Made by a program: the position numbers and the translations under genes. A DNA stretch of 60,696 nt from an uncultured Chloroflexota bacterium (GTDB taxonomy: Bacteria; Chloroflexota; Limnocylindria; P2-11E), in contig CAZSRI010000001.1 of the NCBI GenBank assembly GCA_964609145.1, positions 21,651-82,346 on the forward strand. Direction: 5' to 3'. The notes under the pieces were generated by a model. It was not told the DNA's origin, did no database searches, and was given only the letters and a program-made list of their open reading frames with translations. This document shows positions 14,507-23,504 of this stretch, piece by piece (within the stretch, counting starts at the first letter, position 1; the number at the start of each line of letters is the position of its first letter).

Positions 14507-17404
14507 ATGCGGCGGCCACCGGGGCGGGGCGGGGACGGGGAAGAGCGCGAGCCCTTCCCGGCGATCGACTGGTCGAACATCGACTTCTCCACCTTCGGCC
14601 GGCGGCGCCGCCAGCAGCCGCCCCCCGGCGGCCTCGTCCTCGCGCTCACCGCCCTCGCGGTCGTGTTCGTCGTCATCCCCTTCGTCCTCGGGCCGCTCAT
14701 CGCCTTCCTCACAGATCTGCTCTGGTTCCGCAGCCTGGGGCTCGAGAGCGTGTACCTCGTCCGCTACCAGGCGGGCTTCTGGGCGTTCGTCGTGTTCTTC
14801 CTCGCCTTCCTCCTCTTCGCCGCGGTCAACCTGTACTTCGCGCTCCGGCCGCAGGCACGCGCGACGGTCATCGTCCAGGGGCAGCGACGGCAGGGCGCGC
14901 TCGCGATCACGCTGCGTCTGCTCCCGCTCCTGCTGATCCCCTCGCTCTTCTTCGGCCTCGCGGCCGGCGGCGAGTGGGACACGATCCTCCGCTGGCTGAA
15001 CGGCCAGCCGTTCGGGACGACCGACCCGGTCTTCGGGCGGGACATCGCCTTCTACTTCTTCACGCTCCCGTTCCTGTCGTTCCTGCGGGTGTGGATCATC
15101 GTCGCGGTCGTCCTCGTCGCGGTCGGCGTCTTCTTCGTGTACAGCGCGCGCGGCGTCGTCGGCATCGCGACCGGCGCGGTGAGCGCACCCACCGATCTGC
15201 GCCAGCTCGGCGACCTCGCGGGGTCGTTCGCCGCCCCGCCGCGCGCGCACCTCTCGATCCTCGCCGGGCTGTTCCTGCTGCTCCTCGCCGGCGGATACGT
15301 GCTCGACCAGTTCGGGCTGCTCTTCGCGCGCGAGTCGGTCCTCACCGGCGCGGGCTACACGAGCGTGAACGTGCGCATCCCCGCGCTCACCGTGCTCGCC
15401 GTCATCGTTCTGGTCGCCGCGCTCCTCGCGTTCGCGAACGCGTTCGCGCGCACGCTGTGGCTCCTCGCGGGCGCGATCGGGCTGTGGGTCGTCTCGGCCG
15501 TCATCCTCCTCGGCATCGTCCCGGCGCTCGTGCAGACGCTCATCGTGAACCCCGACCCGATCTCGCGCGAGCGGCCGTACCTCGATCGCCACATCCAGGC
15601 GACGCGCGCGGCGTGGGGGATCGCGAACGTCGAGCAGTCGGCGTACGACGTGAAGTCGACGCCCGGGGGCACCGACCTGCAGACGTACGCGTCCGCCGAC
15701 ACGACGGTGCGCCTGTGGGACTACCGGCCGCTCCTCGACGCGCTGCAGCAGCTCCAGGCGCTGCGGCAGTACTACGCGTTCACCGACGTCGACGTCGACC
15801 GGTACACGATCAAGGGCGTCGAGCGCCCCGTGATGCTGTCGGCGCGCGAGCTCGAGCGTTCGCGCCTGCCGACGGAAGCGCAGACGTGGCAGAACCAGCA
15901 CCTCGTGTACACGCACGGCTACGGCGCCGTCGTGACGCCGATGAACGCGGTGACCGCCGAGGGACTCCCGCGCTTCGAGCTGGCGGACATCCCGCCCGTC
16001 GGCGAGCCGACCTTGACCCAGCCGCGGATCTATTACGGCGAGCAGACCGACGCCTACGTGATCGTCGGCACGACGCAGGACGAGTTCGACGGCGCGGACA
16101 AGACCTCGCGCTTCGCGGGCGGGGGCGGCGTGGGCATCGGCGGCCTGTGGGACCGGATCCTCTTCGCCGCGCGGTTCGGGGACGGGAACCTCCTCTTCAC
16201 GCCGCAGCTCACGTCCGACAGCCGGATCCTCTTCCACCGGCCGATCGCGGACCGCGTGCGGCTCATCGCGCCGTTCCTGCAGTTCGACGCCGACCCCTAC
16301 CTCGTCGTCGCGGACGGGCAGCTCTGGTGGATCCAGGACGCGTACACGACCGGGAACGGCTACCCGTACGCCGCCGGGCGCGGCGGCATCGACTACATCC
16401 GCAACAGCGTGAAGATCGTCGTGAACGCGTACGACGGGAGCACGACGTTCTACGTCGTCGACGACACCGACCCGGTCGTGCGCACGCTCCGCCGCATCTA
16501 CCCCGACCTCTTCGCGCGGTCGATCGACGAGATGCCCGCCTCGCTCCGCGCGCACATCCGCTACCCCGAGGGGCTCTTCCGCGCGCAGGTCGACGTGTAC
16601 GCGACGTACCACATGACCGACCCGCAGGAGTTCTACAACCGCGCCGACGCGTGGAAGGTCGCGAACGAGACGTTCCAGCAGGGCGGCGCGAAGCAGCCGA
16701 TCGAGCCGTACTACGTGACGACGACGCTGCCGGGCTCGCAGCGGAGCGAGTTCGTCCTCTTCGTGCCGATGACGCCCGCGGGCGCCGACCGCGACAACAT
16801 GGTCGCCTGGGTCGCGGGGCGCGCCGACGCCCCCGACTACGGGAAGCTCCGCGTCCTCACGTTCCCGAAGGACCGCGTCATCTTCGGCCCGCTCCAGATC
16901 GAGGCGCGCATCGAGGCCGACGCGTCCATCCGCCAGCAGCTCACGCTCCTGTCGAGCGGCGCGGGCGCGAACGTCATCCGCGGCAACCTCCTCGTCCTGC
17001 CCTCGGGCGGCTCGTTCCTCTACGTCGAGCCGCTCTTCGTGCAGGCGGCGCAGGGCCGCATCCCGGAGCTGCGTCGCGTCATCCTCGCGACGCAGGAGCG
17101 CGTCGTCATGGAGGACACCTTCGAGAAGGCGCTCGCGCGGCTCACGGCCGAGACGATCGCGGGGACGCCGCCGGCACAGCCCGCGCAGCCGAGCGCGACG
17201 CCGACGCCGTCGCCCTCCGCGACACCCAAGCCGAGCGGCACGCCCGCGGCATCCGCGTCGATCGCGCAGCTCGTGAAGCAGGCGTCGGACCAGTACGACG
17301 CGGCGCAGACCGCGCTGCGGAGCGGCGACTTCGCCGAGTACGGGCGGCAGATCGCCGCGCTGAACGACACGCTCGCGAAGCTGAGGGCCGCGACGGCGCA
17401 ATAG
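14507..17404 (+). CDS. UPF0182 family membrane protein
   Basis: 965 aa. The N-terminal multi-TM region with LLWFRSLG and FWAFVVFFLAF, followed by a large soluble part, is the characteristic UPF0182 (COG1615) layout. Confidence 0.8.
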   Translation: MRRPPGRGGDGEEREPFPAIDWSNIDFSTFGRRRRQQPPPGGLVLALTALAVVFVVIPFVLGPLIAFLTDLLWFRSLGLESVYLVRYQAGFWAFVVFFLAFLLFAAVNLYFALRPQARATVIVQGQRRQGALAITLRLLPLLLIPSLFFGLAAGGEWDTILRWLNGQPFGTTDPVFGRDIAFYFFTLPFLSFLRVWIIVAVVLVAVGVFFVYSARGVVGIATGAVSAPTDLRQLGDLAGSFAAPPRAHLSILAGLFLLLLAGGYVLDQFGLLFARESVLTGAGYTSVNVRIPALTVLAVIVLVAALLAFANAFARTLWLLAGAIGLWVVSAVILLGIVPALVQTLIVNPDPISRERPYLDRHIQATRAAWGIANVEQSAYDVKSTPGGTDLQTYASADTTVRLWDYRPLLDALQQLQALRQYYAFTDVDVDRYTIKGVERPVMLSARELERSRLPTEAQTWQNQHLVYTHGYGAVVTPMNAVTAEGLPRFELADIPPVGEPTLTQPRIYYGEQTDAYVIVGTTQDEFDGADKTSRFAGGGGVGIGGLWDRILFAARFGDGNLLFTPQLTSDSRILFHRPIADRVRLIAPFLQFDADPYLVVADGQLWWIQDAYTTGNGYPYAAGRGGIDYIRNSVKIVVNAYDGSTTFYVVDDTDPVVRTLRRIYPDLFARSIDEMPASLRAHIRYPEGLFRAQVDVYATYHMTDPQEFYNRADAWKVANETFQQGGAKQPIEPYYVTTTLPGSQRSEFVLFVPMTPAGADRDNMVAWVAGRADAPDYGKLRVLTFPKDRVIFGPLQIEARIEADASIRQQLTLLSSGAGANVIRGNLLVLPSGGSFLYVEPLFVQAAQGRIPELRRVILATQERVVMEDTFEKALARLTAETIAGTPPAQPAQPSATPTPSPSATPKPSGTPAASASIAQLVKQASDQYDAAQTALRSGDFAEYGRQIAALNDTLAKLRAATAQ
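14521..14540 (+). other. Canonical G-quadruplex motif G4-C-G4-C-G4-AC-G4 on the coding strand
   Basis: GGGGCGGGGCGGGGACGGGG read directly. It begins 14 nt after the ATG at 14507. Confidence 0.8.
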
Positions 17405-17522
17405 TCGCTTCGCTCGTACCGGCGTCGCTCGTCCTCGTGCGGGGCGCGAGCGCCCGCCCTCAGCCTCGCTAGCCGATAGAGCCGCGAGCACGGCACGAGA
17501 CCTGCCGATACGCTTTCCCCGC

Positions 17523-19004
17523 ATGTCGGGCGTGGTCGTCCTCGGCGGTGGGATCTGCGGCCTCGCGGCGGGCATGCGGCTCGCCGAGCGCGGGCGGCAG
17601 GTCACGGTCCTCGAGGCGCAGCACTTCCTCGGCGGGCTGGCGACGACGCTCCGCGGCACGACGGGAGCGGGTTTCGACTTCGGACCGCACGCGTACCACG
17701 CGCGGAACGAGCGCGTGCTCGACATGTTCAAGGAGATCGCGTACGACGGCTTCCCCGCGCAGCCGAAGAACGTGCGCATCAAGTTCCGCGGCCGCTACTA
17801 CAAGTACCCGCTCGAGGCCGCCGACCTCGCGCGCAGCATGGATCCGTTCCTCGCCGCGCGCGCGTTCGCCGACTACCTCAGCGAGGTGATCCGCCGGAAG
17901 ATCCGTCCGCGGCAGCTCGTGTCGGCCGAGGACTGGGTGACGCAGGCGATGGGCCGGACGCTGTATGGGCTCTTCTTCGGCCCCTACACCCAGAAGGTGT
18001 GGGGGATCCCGCCGTCGCAGCTGGCGGCGTCGTTCGCGCAGCACCGCATCCCGCACATCTCCCTCTGGAAGGTCGTGCAGACCTCGCTGCGGAGGGGCCG
18101 CGCGAAGATCACGGGGAGCGAGCACCGCTACGCCCCGCTCGTCGTCGAGCTCTACTACCCGCCCGCGGGCGCCGGCCTCGTCAGCCAGCGCATGGCCGAG
18201 CGCATCCGCGCGAAGGGCGGGCGCGTCGAGACGGGCGCGCTCGTGACCGGTATCGACGCGCGCGAGGGGCGCGCATCCGCCGTCCGCTTTCGCCGCGTCC
18301 CGCCCTCGAACAGGGACGGCGTGCTCTGCGTCATGGACACGGCCGCGCCGGGGACGGGGCCGGAGGAGCGCATCGAGTGCGACGCGGTCGTGAACACGAC
18401 GCCGCTCCCGCACCTCGTCCGGCTCCTCGGCGACGCCGCCTCATCCGAGGCGCGCGCCGCGGCCGACGTCCTGCGCTTCCGCGCGCTCACGATCGTCGGC
18501 CTGCGCGTGAAGCGTGAGAGGGCGCTCCCGGCGCAGTCGATCTACTTCCAGGACAAGACGTTCAACCGGCTCAGCGAGACGCGCAACTACGGCGGGTCCG
18601 ACGTGTGCGGGCCGGACGAGACCGTGCTCCTGTGCGACATCACGTGCGACGTCGGCGACGCGATCTGGAACGCCGACCCGAGCGAGCTCGGGCGGCGCTG
18701 CGCGACGGAGCTCGAGGCCGAGGGATTCCTCCGGATGGACGAGGTCGCCGAGTGCGTCGCGCTGCGGACCACGTTCGGCTATCCGGTCTACGTCGTCGGG
18801 TACGAACGGGCCATCGACGCGATCGTGCGCGACCTCGTGCGCTTCGAGAACGTCGTCACCGGTGGTCGGCAGGGGCTGTATAAGTACGTGGACATGGACA
18901 TCGCCTCCGAGATGGGGCTGTCGATGGCGGACCATCTCCTCTCCGGACGGACCAAGAGCGAAGCGGTCGCGCACATCCCCTACGAAGATCGTGTCTTCGC
19001 CTGA
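17523..19004 (+). CDS. FAD/NAD(P)-binding oxidoreductase (amine-oxidase / UDP-galactopyranose-mutase-like fold)
   Basis: The N-terminal dinucleotide fold is VVVLGGGICGLAAGMRLAERGRQVTVLEA. It is the first gene of a 7-gene overlapping operon. Confidence 0.65.
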   Translation: MSGVVVLGGGICGLAAGMRLAERGRQVTVLEAQHFLGGLATTLRGTTGAGFDFGPHAYHARNERVLDMFKEIAYDGFPAQPKNVRIKFRGRYYKYPLEAADLARSMDPFLAARAFADYLSEVIRRKIRPRQLVSAEDWVTQAMGRTLYGLFFGPYTQKVWGIPPSQLAASFAQHRIPHISLWKVVQTSLRRGRAKITGSEHRYAPLVVELYYPPAGAGLVSQRMAERIRAKGGRVETGALVTGIDAREGRASAVRFRRVPPSNRDGVLCVMDTAAPGTGPEERIECDAVVNTTPLPHLVRLLGDAASSEARAAADVLRFRALTIVGLRVKRERALPAQSIYFQDKTFNRLSETRNYGGSDVCGPDETVLLCDITCDVGDAIWNADPSELGRRCATELEAEGFLRMDEVAECVALRTTFGYPVYVVGYERAIDAIVRDLVRFENVVTGGRQGLYKYVDMDIASEMGLSMADHLLSGRTKSEAVAHIPYEDRVFA

Positions 19005-20025
19005 TCCGCTGCGCGTCGGCGTCGTCGGAGCGGGCTATTGGGGCCCGAACCTCATCCGCAACTTCAACGAAGCGCCCGGGGCGGAGGTCGTCGCCGTCGC
19101 GGACCTCTCGCCGGAGCGGTTGGCGCCGATCCGAAAGCGCTATCCCGCCGTGCGGATCACCGGCGACCACCACGCGATCCTGGCGGACCCCTCGGTCGAC
19201 GCCGTCGCGATCGCGACGCCGATCAAGACGCACCGGCCGCTCTGCGAGGAGGCGCTCGCCGCGGGGAAGCACGTCCTCGTCGAGAAGCCGCTCGCGGGCA
19301 GGGTCGAGGACGCCGAGGCGATCGTGCGCGCGGCGCAGCGCGCCGGCCGCACGCTCATGGTCGGCCACACCTTCGTCTACAACCCCGCGGTCACGGCGGT
19401 GCGGCGGATCGTCGAGCGGGGCGACCTCGGGCGCATCCACTACATCGACAGCCAGCGCGTGAACCTCGGCCTCCATCAGTTCGACTTCAACGTGCTCTGG
19501 GACCTCGGTCCGCACGACGTCTCGATCACGCTCTATTGGCTCGGCGAGGAGCCGGTGTGGGTGCAGTGCACCGGCGGGTCGTTCGTGCAGGACGGGATCG
19601 AGGACGTCGTGTGGCTCGTCATGGGCTTCCCGTCGGGCGCGCTCGCGCACGCGCACCTCTCGTGGCTCGCGCCGGGGAAGATCCGCACGATGACGGTCAT
19701 CGGCAGCAAGCAGATGGCGGTCTACGACGACGTCACGGCGGTCGAGAAGGTGAAGATCTTCGACCACGGCGTCGAGCGGCTCGAGCCCGACGAGCTGCGG
19801 CGCGCGTACCGCGCCGGCGACATCCACAGCCCGCGCGTCGACGTCACGGAGGCGCTCCAGGTCGAGGTGCGCCACTTCATCGCCTCGATCCGCGCGGGCT
19901 CGCGCCCGATCTCCGACGGTGAGGCGGGGCTGCGCGTCGTGCGCGTGCTCGAGGCGGCGTCGAGCTCGCTGCGGCTCGGCGGCGTGCGCGTCGCGTACAG
20001 GGAGAACGAGGTGCTCACGGTATGA
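18991..20025 (+). CDS. Gfo/Idh/MocA-family sugar-nucleotide dehydrogenase (WbpB/WlbA-like)
   Basis: LRVGVVGAGYWGPNLIRNF...VLVEKPLA is the Rossmann fold plus EKP motif. GTG 18991 overlaps the upstream gene end by 14 nt. Confidence 0.75.
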   Translation: MSSPDPLRVGVVGAGYWGPNLIRNFNEAPGAEVVAVADLSPERLAPIRKRYPAVRITGDHHAILADPSVDAVAIATPIKTHRPLCEEALAAGKHVLVEKPLAGRVEDAEAIVRAAQRAGRTLMVGHTFVYNPAVTAVRRIVERGDLGRIHYIDSQRVNLGLHQFDFNVLWDLGPHDVSITLYWLGEEPVWVQCTGGSFVQDGIEDVVWLVMGFPSGALAHAHLSWLAPGKIRTMTVIGSKQMAVYDDVTAVEKVKIFDHGVERLEPDELRRAYRAGDIHSPRVDVTEALQVEVRHFIASIRAGSRPISDGEAGLRVVRVLEAASSSLRLGGVRVAYRENEVLTV

Positions 20026-20714
20026 CGACCGTCGCGAGCGACGTCCACCCGACGGCGCTCGTCGGATCGAACGTGCGCCTCGGCCGCGGCTCCGTCGTCC
20101 ACGCCTACGCGGTGCTCGGGGTGCCGCCGCGCGGGCGCACCGCGGACCAAGCGCCGCTCGTCATCGGCGAGGGCGCGACGATCCGCGCGTTCACGACGAT
20201 CTACGGCGGGACGACGATCGGCGCGCGCCTCCAGACCGGCCAAGGAGCCTCGATCCGCGAGGACAACGTGATCGGCGACGACGTCTCGGTCGGGACGCAC
20301 GCGTCGCTCGAGTTCGGCAACCGCATCGGGAACAGGGTGCGCATCCACACCGGCTGCTTCCTCGAGCTCGTCACGCTCGAGGACGAGGTCTTCCTCGGCC
20401 CCCACGTCGTCTTCACCGACGACCCGCACCCGCAGTGCCCGGCGTACCTCGACTGCGTGCGCGGCGGGATCGTCCGCCGCCGCGCCCGCGTGGGCGGGAA
20501 CGCGACGATCCTCCCGGGGGTGGAGATCGGCGAGGACGCGCTCGTCGGCGCAGGGAGCGTCGTGCGCACAGCCGTGCGCGCGCGTAGCGTCGTCGCGGGG
20601 GACCCCGCCGTGGCGGTGAAGGGCGACATCCGCGACCTCAAGTGCTTCGCGGGTATCTACCCCCACGCGTACTCCTGGCTGACCGATCTTCCGGACAAGG
20701 AGCCCGCCAGATGA
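20022..20714 (+). CDS. Left-handed beta-helix (hexapeptide) N-acetyltransferase (WbpD/WlbB-like)
   Basis: Hexapeptide repeats run throughout (IGEGATIRAF, IGDDVSVGTH, IGNRVRIHTG, VGGNATILPGVEIGEDALVGAGSVV). ATGA overlap at 20022-20025. Confidence 0.75.
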   Translation: MTTVASDVHPTALVGSNVRLGRGSVVHAYAVLGVPPRGRTADQAPLVIGEGATIRAFTTIYGGTTIGARLQTGQGASIREDNVIGDDVSVGTHASLEFGNRIGNRVRIHTGCFLELVTLEDEVFLGPHVVFTDDPHPQCPAYLDCVRGGIVRRRARVGGNATILPGVEIGEDALVGAGSVVRTAVRARSVVAGDPAVAVKGDIRDLKCFAGIYPHAYSWLTDLPDKEPAR

Positions 20715-21877
20715 CGATGACCAAAGTGAAGACGCAGATCCCGCTCGTGGACCTGCGCGCGAACTACGCGCAGATCAAGGACGAGGTCCGCGCGGCGATC
20801 GACGAGATCCTCGAGGGTATGCAGCTCAACCTCGGCCCGAACGTGCGTGCCTTCGACCAGGAGTGGGCCACGTTCTGCGGCGTGAAGCACGCCGTCGGCG
20901 TGGGCTCCGGGACCGACGCGCTCCAGCTCGCGATCCGCGCGCTCGGCATCGCTCCGGGCGACGAGGTCATCACGGTCTCGCACTCGTTCTTCGCGACGGC
21001 CGAGGCGATCTTCTACTCGGGCGCGCGGCCGATCTTCGTCGACATCGAAGAGCGCACCTTCTGCATCGACGTCGCGCAGGTCGCCGACCGCATCACGCCC
21101 CGCACCAAGGCCATCGTGCCTGTGCACCTCTACGGGCGCACCGCGGACATGAAGCGCCTCCTCGACATCGCGAAGGACGCGCACGTCGCGGTCATCGAGG
21201 ACGCGGCCCAGGCGCACGGCGCGATGCTCGACACCGGCGGCAAGGCGGGCACCGCGGGGACGATGGGGTGCTTCTCCTTCTACTGCAGCAAGAACCTCGG
21301 GGCGTACGGCGAGGCCGGCAGCATCGTGACGAACGACGACGAGCTCGCCGGCGAGCTCCGACAGCTCCGCGAGCACGGCCAGGTGACGCGCTACTACCAC
21401 CCCATCGTCGGCTACAACGCGCGGCTCGACGAGATCCAGGCGGCGGTGCTGCGCATCAAGCTGAAGCACCTCGAGCGCTGGAACGAGCGGCGACGCGCCA
21501 TCGCGCGTCTCTACAACAGGCTTCTCGAGGGCTCCGGCGTCATCACGCCGGAAGACGTGGGCGAGCGGCACGTGTGGCACATCTATGCGATCCGCGTCGA
21601 GGGCGGGAAGCGCGACGCGATGAAGGACTTCCTGGCCGAGCGCGGCGTCGGGACGGGGATCCACTACCCGGTGCCGATCCACATGCAGGAGTCGGCGCAG
21701 TTCCTCGGGTACCGCGCCGGCGAGCTCCCCGTGACGGAGCGCGTGTCGGGCGAGGTCCTCTCGCTCCCGATGTATCCCGAGCTCACCGACGACCAGGCCG
21801 CGTACGTCGCCGACGCCGTGAAAGCGTTCATGACGGGCCGAGGGGGCTTCGCCCCCCCGAGGACCCCCCCATCTTGA
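20711..21877 (+). CDS. DegT/DnrJ/EryC1/StrS-family PLP aminotransferase (WbpE-like)
   Basis: Contains IPLVDLRANYAQIKDEV...GSGTDALQLA...FSFYCSKNLGAYGEAG (PLP lysine context). ATGA overlap at 20711-20714. The C-terminal RGGFAPPRTPPS is encoded by element E6. Confidence 0.85.
   Translation: MTMTKVKTQIPLVDLRANYAQIKDEVRAAIDEILEGMQLNLGPNVRAFDQEWATFCGVKHAVGVGSGTDALQLAIRALGIAPGDEVITVSHSFFATAEAIFYSGARPIFVDIEERTFCIDVAQVADRITPRTKAIVPVHLYGRTADMKRLLDIAKDAHVAVIEDAAQAHGAMLDTGGKAGTAGTMGCFSFYCSKNLGAYGEAGSIVTNDDELAGELRQLREHGQVTRYYHPIVGYNARLDEIQAAVLRIKLKHLERWNERRRAIARLYNRLLEGSGVITPEDVGERHVWHIYAIRVEGGKRDAMKDFLAERGVGTGIHYPVPIHMQESAQFLGYRAGELPVTERVSGEVLSLPMYPELTDDQAAYVADAVKAFMTGRGGFAPPRTPPS
21842..21870 (+). repeat. 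G/C-run hairpin element E6 at a cistron junction
   Basis: Sequence GGGGGC-TTC-GCCCCC-CCGAGGA-CCCCCCC ending 3 nt before the TTG/TGA overlap at 21874-21877. Confidence 0.75.
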
Positions 21878-22533
21878 CCCAGCGCGTCGTCAAGGCGGTC
21901 CACGGCGTGCGGGGGGTCGAGCCGGATCCGCCGGAGGAGATCGAGCAGAGCGAGCACCTGCGCCACGAGCACACGCTCGCGGAGCTGCAGGAGATCTACA
22001 GCCGCGTGCTGTTCCGGGACAGCCCGACGGGCGCGCACGAGCGGCGCGTGCTCCTGCGCGCGATGTGCAAGAGCTTCGGGAACGGCGTGAAGGTGGGCCT
22101 CGGCGTCCTCGTGCTGCACCCGCAGACGTTCGAGATCGGCGACGCGGTGTTCCTCGGCAACCAGACGTTCCTCCAGGGCCGTCACGACGGGCACTGCGTC
22201 ATCGGCGCGCACACGTGGATCGGGCCGCAGTCGTACTTCGACTGCCGCGACATGGAGCTCGGCGAGTACGTCGGCTGGGGCCCCGGCGCGAAGGTGCTGG
22301 GCAGCGAGCACACCGGCGACCCGCGCGGCGTGCCGGTCATCCAGACCGACCTCGTCATCAAGCCGGTGCGCGTCGGCAAGTGGGCCGACGTCGGCGTGAA
22401 CGCCGTGCTCCTCCCCGGCGTCACGATCGGCGAGGGCGCGATCGTCGGCGCCGGCGCCGTGGTGGCGGCGGACGTGCCGGCCTACTCGGTGGCCGCCGGC
22501 GTCCCCGCTCGCGTCCTCCACGAGCGCCGGTGA
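21874..22533 (+). CDS. Second hexapeptide-repeat acyltransferase
   Basis: The C-terminal VRVGKWADVGVNAVLLPGVTIGEGAIVGAGAVVAADVPAYSVAAGVPARV is typical of LbH acetyltransferases. The TTG 21874 start (overlapping the upstream TGA) is tentative. Confidence 0.65.
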   Translation: MTQRVVKAVHGVRGVEPDPPEEIEQSEHLRHEHTLAELQEIYSRVLFRDSPTGAHERRVLLRAMCKSFGNGVKVGLGVLVLHPQTFEIGDAVFLGNQTFLQGRHDGHCVIGAHTWIGPQSYFDCRDMELGEYVGWGPGAKVLGSEHTGDPRGVPVIQTDLVIKPVRVGKWADVGVNAVLLPGVTIGEGAIVGAGAVVAADVPAYSVAAGVPARVLHERR

Positions 22534-23504
22534 GCGTCCTCGACGGCGCGCGCGTCGTCGTCACCGGCGGCGCCGGCAACGTGGGGTCCCACGTCGTCGA
22601 CGCCGCCATCGCCGCGGGCGCGCGCGAGGTCGTCGCGCTCGACGCGCTGGTGCGCGGCGTTCCCGCGAACCTGAGCGACGCGCTCGCGACGGGCAGGGCG
22701 CGCCTCGTCGAGCTCGACATCCGCGACCGCGAGGCCGTCGCGACCGCCGTCCGCGGCGCCGACGTGGTGTTCCACCAGGCCGCGCTGCGCTGGACGCTCT
22801 GCCAGGAGGCGCCGCGCGAGTGCCAGGAGGTCATGGTCGACGGGACGTTCAACGTGCTCGACGCGGCGGCGGCGGCGAAGGTGAAGCGCGTCGTGCTCGC
22901 GTCGAGCGCCGTCGTGTACGGCGAGCCGGTGCGGCTGCCGATGCACGAGGATCAGCCGCTGCGCGGGACGACCGTGTACGGCGCCGCGAAGGCCGCGAAC
23001 GAGCAGCTCGGCCGCGCGTTCGCGCACCTGCACGACCTGCCGGTGATCTCGCTGCGCTACTTCAACGTGTACGGACCGCGGCAGGACATCCGCTCGCGGT
23101 CCATCGAGGTGATGATCCGCTGGCTCGACGCCATCGACGCGGGCAAGCCGCTCACGCTCTTCGGCGACGGATCAGCGTCGGCGGACTTCGTGTACGTGGG
23201 CGACGTCGCGCGGGCGAACATCCTCGCCTGCGACGCGACCGCGAGCGACGCTATCGTGAACGTCTGCACCGGCGTGGAGACGCGGATGCGGGATCTCGCC
23301 TCGCTCCTGCTCGAGCTCACCGCCAGCGACGTGGGCCTCGAGTTCAAGCCCCAGCCGCCCGGCGCGCTCCCGCAGCGGCGGTACGGCGAGGCGAGCCGGG
23401 CATCCGATCTGCTCGGATTCCGCGCCGAGGTCGGCCTCCGCGAGGGGTTGTCGAAGCTGATCGAGTGGCGCCGCGAGGCGCTCGTGAAAGAGGTGACGGC
23501 GTGA
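22530..23504 (+). CDS. NAD-dependent epimerase/dehydratase (extended SDR)
   Basis: Contains VVVTGGAGNVGSH and the catalytic YGAAKAANE (YxxxK). GTGA overlap at 22530-22533. Confidence 0.8.
   Translation: MSVLDGARVVVTGGAGNVGSHVVDAAIAAGAREVVALDALVRGVPANLSDALATGRARLVELDIRDREAVATAVRGADVVFHQAALRWTLCQEAPRECQEVMVDGTFNVLDAAAAAKVKRVVLASSAVVYGEPVRLPMHEDQPLRGTTVYGAAKAANEQLGRAFAHLHDLPVISLRYFNVYGPRQDIRSRSIEVMIRWLDAIDAGKPLTLFGDGSASADFVYVGDVARANILACDATASDAIVNVCTGVETRMRDLASLLLELTASDVGLEFKPQPPGALPQRRYGEASRASDLLGFRAEVGLREGLSKLIEWRREALVKEVTA

Noticed and set aside
17438-17457. Hairpin GCGGGGCGC-GAG-CGCCCGC after the UPF0182 gene as a terminator
   Set aside because: The stem is imperfect, the loop is 3 nt, there is no U-tract, and such GC palindromes are frequent here by composition.
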